Assembly (NCBI RefSeq): GCF_000143415.4
Contig: NW_003314348.1
Span: 686,062 to 750,061 of the forward strand
Length of the DNA stretch: 64,000 nucleotides
Source: Selaginella moellendorffii
Taxonomy: Eukaryota > Plantae > Lycopodiophyta
Direction: 5' to 3'
This document shows positions 58,633-64,000 of this stretch, piece by piece; position 1 is the first letter of the stretch, and each line of letters begins with the position of its first letter. Both the position numbers and the translations under genes were made by a program. The notes under the pieces are model-generated. The model ran no database searches. It had not been told where the DNA came from and worked only from the letters and a program-made list of their open reading frames with translations.

Positions 58633-59766
58633 ATGGTGCTCGTTCATCTCTTCCTGCTTCTCTCGTTGATCGCGGTAAGCTCAGGAGCCACCATCGTAGC
58701 ACGACTCAATCCCGGTGGAACTCGAGTCTCATTGAGCGTTGGCACCCCTCCGCAAAAGCAGCTGCTAGCAGTCGATCTAAATGCCGAAACATCCTGGCTC
58801 CCTTGCGGCAAGAACTCTTCCTTCGAACCAGGCAAGTCATCTACATTCTCCCCGCTTCCCTGTTCTTCGAATGCATGCTCCGGCCACTGCTCCACAAACA
58901 AGTGCTTGCTGCCGATATCACCGAAAACATCCGTTCCTGCGTTCCAAGAGACGCTGACTGGCTTCACGGCTCCTGCCGGTGCCAAAGGTACCGCCATCTT
59001 CGGCTGCGCCGCCGGAAAGTCTGTGGGCGTCGCAGCTTTGAGCAAGAACAGCCTTGCTCTTCCGCTCCAGATCGCCTCCTCCTTCTCAGTCCCTCGAAAA
59101 TTCGCCCTGTGCCTTTCTCCCGACTCGCCATCTTCGCTGTTCTTCGGAGATGACTCCAGTATCATCATCGGCGGGATCAACATCTCGAGCTTAGTCTCGT
59201 TCGTCCCATTCGTCAGCAATCCTGTGTTTCCATCACGCTACTACCTCGATCTCCGGACGATCCAGACCGACTTCTCGGATCTCAAGCTAGACCCATCCCT
59301 GTTCTCCATAAATCCCAAGACCGGCATTGGAGGCCTCACCCTGAGCTCCACGAACAGGTACACGAAAGTCCCGACCCCGGTCTATGCCGCCATCGCGCAA
59401 TCCTTCAAGAAATACGCCACGGCATTCAACATTTCGATCGTCCCAGCCCAAAATCTTCCCTTCGATCTTTGCTTCAACGCGAGCGGCATGAATTTCAACC
59501 GGCTTGGCCCTGTTTTCCCTGCGATCCAGCTCATCTTCCGGAACAACATACCCTGGAACCTGGTGGGTAGCCGGGTCATCGAATTCTTCCGCGGCAACGC
59601 AATCGGCTGCCTCGCAATCCAAAGCGCCGGCGATCCACCCGCCACATCCTCCATCGGCCTGTTCCACCAGTTCGACAATCTCCTCTACTTCGACCTCGCG
59701 CAAACGCGCTTCGGATTCGTGGATCGATCGCTACACATCCTCCGCCAGAGCTGCAAATTCTCCTAG
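58633..59766 (+). CDS. Secreted pepsin-fold glycanase inhibitor-like protein (XEGIP/EDGP/TAXI/basic 7S globulin)
   Basis: Signal peptide, VGTPPQK..LAVDL, LALPLQIASSFSVPRKFALCL, LSSTNRYT in place of DSGT, PFDLCFN and NLLYFDLAQTRFGF. Intronless. Confidence 0.9.
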   Translation: MVLVHLFLLLSLIAVSSGATIVARLNPGGTRVSLSVGTPPQKQLLAVDLNAETSWLPCGKNSSFEPGKSSTFSPLPCSSNACSGHCSTNKCLLPISPKTSVPAFQETLTGFTAPAGAKGTAIFGCAAGKSVGVAALSKNSLALPLQIASSFSVPRKFALCLSPDSPSSLFFGDDSSIIIGGINISSLVSFVPFVSNPVFPSRYYLDLRTIQTDFSDLKLDPSLFSINPKTGIGGLTLSSTNRYTKVPTPVYAAIAQSFKKYATAFNISIVPAQNLPFDLCFNASGMNFNRLGPVFPAIQLIFRNNIPWNLVGSRVIEFFRGNAIGCLAIQSAGDPPATSSIGLFHQFDNLLYFDLAQTRFGFVDRSLHILRQSCKFS

Positions 59767-59787
59767 CCCTAACAAAGCTTTGCTCTG

Positions 59788-59866
59788 TTTTTAGGGTTTT
59801 TGGCTAGGTTTGCTAATAAAGTGTAGTAAGTTTAGGGTTCTAGCGAGCCGCGTTCTAGGGTTTCTG
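59788..59866 (+). promoter_or_regulatory. Telo-box cluster upstream of eIF3i
   Basis: Three TAGGGTT motifs in the 113-bp spacer. Telo-boxes are established elements of plant translation-machinery promoters. Confidence 0.65.
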
Positions 59867-59879
59867 CGCGCTCGCGAAG

Positions 59880-61222
59880 ATGAGGCCGATTCTCATGAAG
59901 GGCCACGAGCGCCCGCTCACGTTCCTCAAGTATAACAGGGACGGGGATCTGCTCTTCTCGTGCGCCAAGGATCACAATCCCACTGTGTGGTACGGCCACA
60001 ATGGTGAGCGGCTCGGGACTTACAGAGGCCACAATGGAGCTGTGTGGTGTTGCGATGTCTCAAGTAAGTGATCCAGAATTTAGAGGGATAAAATCGTAAT
60101 TTTGGGAACAGGGCATTCGACTCGGTTGATCACTGGCTCCGCCGACCAGAGTGTCAAGCTCTGGGACGTGGAAACTGGGACTCAGCTTCACACCTTTAAT
60201 TTCGTATCGCCTGCCAGGGCTGTGGATTTCGCCGAGGGAGACAAGCTCGCGGTGATCAGCACGGATCCCTTCATGGAGTCTGTGTCAGCCATTCACATCA
60301 AGAGCGTAGAGTCGAGTGGCTTGCAGCGTAAGTGCTTTCCTTTCGTTTTCTCCGTTCTTCTTTGTTTTGCTTCCATAACTTATAGCACTTCTCAGAGGGA
60401 TCCATCAAAACTTTCACGGGGCCAACCGGGCGAATCAACAGAGTCGTGTGGGGGCCTTTGAACAAGACGATCATCAGCGCTGGAGAGGACACAGTGATAC
60501 GTATCTGGGATGTGGAGGTATGGAAGCTATGTGACTCAAGCACCTTTGTTCCTCTTCGTTTTCCTTTCTAGACTGGCGAGGTGATCAAGAAAACCGACAA
60601 GGAGAATGGACATTCTCGTGCCATCACTTCACTCTCGCTCTCTGCGGATGGCTCCCATTTCATAACTGGCTCTCAAGACAAAACCGCGAAGGTGGTCACC
60701 CAGTGCTGTCCTCAAAGAACTCACTTTGTTTTGTGCAGCTATGGGATACCAGGACTCTCACTTTGCTCAAGACTTATTCCACTGAGAGGCCAGTGAACGC
60801 TGTCGCCATTTCTCCGCTCATGAACCATGTAAGTGCGAGCAGAGCTTCTACTTTTCCATGACCGCTGATAAATTTACGAAAGGTTGTCGTTGGAGGTGGA
60901 CAAGAAGCATCCCAGGTGACAACCAGTGACCGACGGGCCGGAAAATTCGAGGCCAAGTTTTTCCACAAGGTAAACACTCCAAGTGGTTTTCTAAAGTTTA
61001 GTTCTCTTCTCTTCGTAGATCTTTTGCGACGAGATCGGTGGTGTGAGAGGGCATTTCGGTCCCATCAACGCGCTCGCATTCAACCCGGATGGAAGAAGGT
61101 AACCTCCTTTTTCACCTTGTTTTGCTTGATTTTACTCTTTATTTTGCAGTTTTTCTAGCGGTGGTGAAGATGGTTACGTTCGATTGCACCATTTTGACCC
61201 GGATTACTACAAGTTACAGTGA
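59880..61222 (+). CDS. eIF3i: Eukaryotic translation initiation factor 3 subunit I (TRIP-1, WD40)
   Basis: [31 protein letters not shown]...[16 protein letters not shown]|[20 protein letters not shown]. Confidence 0.97.
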
Positions 61223-61510
61223 GATGGAAGTTTTGAGCCAGAAATGGTAATTTTTTAATTTTTCTTCTCTTTTTGCTTAATTTTACTCTTTATTTCGCAG
61301 TTTTTCTAGCGACGGTAAAGATGGTTACGTTCGATTGCACCATTTTGACCCAGCTACAGTGAGCTGAAACCTGTTGTTTTTCCTTTTCTCTTTATCCTTG
61401 TTTCTTATCATATGATCATCGATCGAAGTAGCAAATGTGTAAGGGACCTTTCTTTCTTCCTATGGCGCTGATGCGCTCAAATCCAAATATGAAGGCTGAC
61501 CTTTCTAGTC

Positions 61511-63922
61511 TTACGAAGAAGATTCCTGTAACTTTGGGCTTCCAGGTTCCGAGATTTGAGGAAGCGCCGTGGCTTTGCAGATTGGACACGAGTTCTTCCG
61601 AACTAGCCACTGGCGGATGCAGTCCATATGATAGTTGTGCCCGCAATTGATAGTCCCCAACTCGACTCCTTCCTCGAATTCTTCCTGGTAGATCAAGCGA
61701 GGCAAGATCAGAAATCGCAAAAACAAAAAGGGAAAGTACCTGACAAACACAGCACTTTACATCACTGTCCTCCGAGCTCCGAGCTAAAGCAGCCGCATAC
61801 TTCGTTCTCTTCAGCTGCTGGACTATCGTGTCCTCGGATAAACCAGTCGAGACGGTTCCAATTCGATCGCCCAGAGCGAGTAGTTCCTGTAACAGCACAA
61901 TGCTAAATGCCTCCATGTTTAAAACAGTTACCTCATATGACATGTTGTCAATATCCAGCCTCCAGTCACTGTGGTCGTCGTGGAGGCCAATGCCCCCAAA
62001 CAGGAAAGTCGTAGCTTCCAGCATTATCAATTGCTGCACAATATAATCTCGTTAGCTAAACAAAAAATGCTCCAAAACTTGTAAGCACGGACCTCGCGTG
62101 TAAGATCTTCGTCCCTTTCTACGCGCTCCAACGCTTGCAATATCTGGAAAAGAAAAAAAGAGAGAAGGAATCATCAAAAGAAAGGAAGTCGCGAACGAAC
62201 CTCAGCTAATCCCCCGGCCATTAGGCGGGGACGATGGTGATCCCACTCGAGCTCCTGTGACGGTATAGCCATGAAGCCTTCACTGAGAGCCGAAAGGTCC
62301 CTTCTTCCCACGGCTAACGCTGGGTGTCTAAATGTCTGTGAGCTTTCAAACGGAGGTGGGGGTCTCATTTCTGGTGCTTCCATGAGCGAACTCGGAACCT
62401 GTGGTGGAGACATGGTTCGTCCGTGAGTGAAAAACGCCGCACGCCCATTGTAACCGTGCAACTGCCTTGCGTCACTTATAGGAGGGTGCCGTGCGCCCAG
62501 TGTAGGCAGATAGTTTGCAACTCCACGTCGAATGGCAGGACCACGGTTGCTCCCAGTTGTGAACGTACCATTCTCTAAGCATGCCATGCTGACACTTCTG
62601 ATCCTGCTCTCCGCCTGTTCCCTTGGAGAAGCACTGGCAGTCATGCTTCTGCCGGAGCTTACTCTGGCAATCCTTCTCGACAGACCCTGTCCACCAATGC
62701 TAGAACTTCCACCGTGAAGCCTTGCTGCTCTGCTACCTCCCGAGAAAGCCATCGCGGCACCGGGATCCCGTGGGTTAGATCCACCCGAAAATGTCAGATG
62801 ACCGTGACTTGGAGCTCCATCTGGACCCGGCGAGTAGTCGAGCAGCGCATTCCTCCTGATACGAAACGAGTCAGGGCCAGGAGGAAACGTCCTCCGAACA
62901 GCTCTTGGATACACTTGTGAGGGGTGCATGCTGATGCTGCCAGCGTTGCCACTCGTGCCACTGAGCCCCGCAAAATCTGGCATCCTGGAACTCGTGAACA
63001 GCGAGGCCCCCAGAGTCGAGTCCAGAGCATCGGATGAGAGCCTTGTTTTCTGAGGCCGGGGGCCTTCCATGAGTGCTGCAGACCTCGACGAAGATGCACC
63101 ACCCGATGGAGGCGGTAGCATAAACGCTGGCCTCTGCGAGAGATCCACACCCTGGTGACCAGCCCCAACACCATCCTGGATGTGCCTCATGCTCAAGCCG
63201 TCCTGGAAGCCAGAAGCCGACGGGATGTTGCAACTCTTTCGTTTGCACGAGGAACCTCTAGAAGAACTATTACCTGTTACGGTGGCCGGATTGTAACTTG
63301 GAGCTCCCATCTGCATGGTAGCGGCGACCGCATCCGGCTGAGCAAATGCCCCCGACGATGCTGCCTCATCCCTGCCCGGACCAACCTCCGATCCCTCCAA
63401 GTCGAGATCGTCAAACATGTTGGAGAAGGTGGCGTTCTCTTCCAAGTTCATACAGTCGTGGAAGATGTCGATATCTCCATCCGTAACACCACAGGGCCCC
63501 GATGCCGACATCTCCAAATTCCCACTACTCCGGTGGATTACTTGGCTCGCCCCTCGAGGACCACCCCGGCTATGGCTGACGCATCCCCCTCCTATCCGTG
63601 TGCCAGTGGCGAACGATGATCTTCCCGACCCACTATTAAATGGTAAATGATCCATGCTTGGAGGGGCCGGGAGTAACGACAGACCCGGTATGTCCGTGTC
63701 GAAAGCACCGTCTGGATTGGAGCGCGAGCCTGCCAAGGACGAGAATTCTGAAAGCCCCAACCTGGTAGCTAAGGCTCTCCGGTCCGCCTGAGCTTCCTCG
63801 GCGCTCCTCCATCGCCCCGACATGGAATTTTGCCGCATCCTTTGCATCACCGTCGCTCGCTCACTCGCTCGCCGCGAATCAAGACCTGGAAGTGGCAAAT
63901 CCAACGAAAATATAACTGACAA
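61511..63922 (-). CDS. RING-H2 E3 ubiquitin ligase (MBR/HIP1/RHG1a-like); 5' end probably outside the window
   Basis: DWRLDIDNMSYE|ELLALGDRIG, CCVCQ|EEF...CGHNYHMDCIRQWL..KNSCPICK, and a long disordered N-terminus. Confidence 0.9.
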
Positions 63923-64000
63923 ATACCAGAGAGGGGAGGATTTCTCTCACCGATGGACGTGCATTGGAAGAATGCGGTGCCCGGCGCCGGAGATTTCACG

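Overview
Gene-dense plant nuclear DNA with very short GT-AG introns (about 35-110 nt), tiny intergenic spacers, many PLS-type PPR genes and a four-domain cation channel. This combination points to a lycophyte such as Selaginella (inference, not proven). Positions 1-5 kb are an AT-rich, CpG-poor decayed repeat region. Next come a JAZ repressor, an LRR-less NB-ARC protein, an RRM protein, a dynein light chain, SPPL, HPAT, a class-IV aminotransferase-like gene, OSTC and CCDC93. A rearranged 25-44.5 kb block holds two intact UGTs, three UGT pseudogenes, a short-LTR element, PPR, ankyrin and TraB genes. The window ends with a Cav-like channel, an F-box gene, an RVxF/CaaX protein, a USP-pseudokinase, an XEGIP/TAXI-like inhibitor, eIF3i and a RING-H2 E3. 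Manual splicing gave three gene models that the ORF track does not show as complete genes: (i) a 184-aa N-myristoylation-motif ADP-ribosyltransferase(PARP)-fold protein whose fragments travel with the UGT duplications; (ii) a secreted microbial-looking protein plus a tandem pseudogene in an extremely AT-rich island; (iii) a candidate Cys-rich secreted peptide between SPPL and HPAT. The channel has an EEDD filter, charge-poor S4 helices and about seven C-terminal IQ motifs. All exon boundaries were read by eye.
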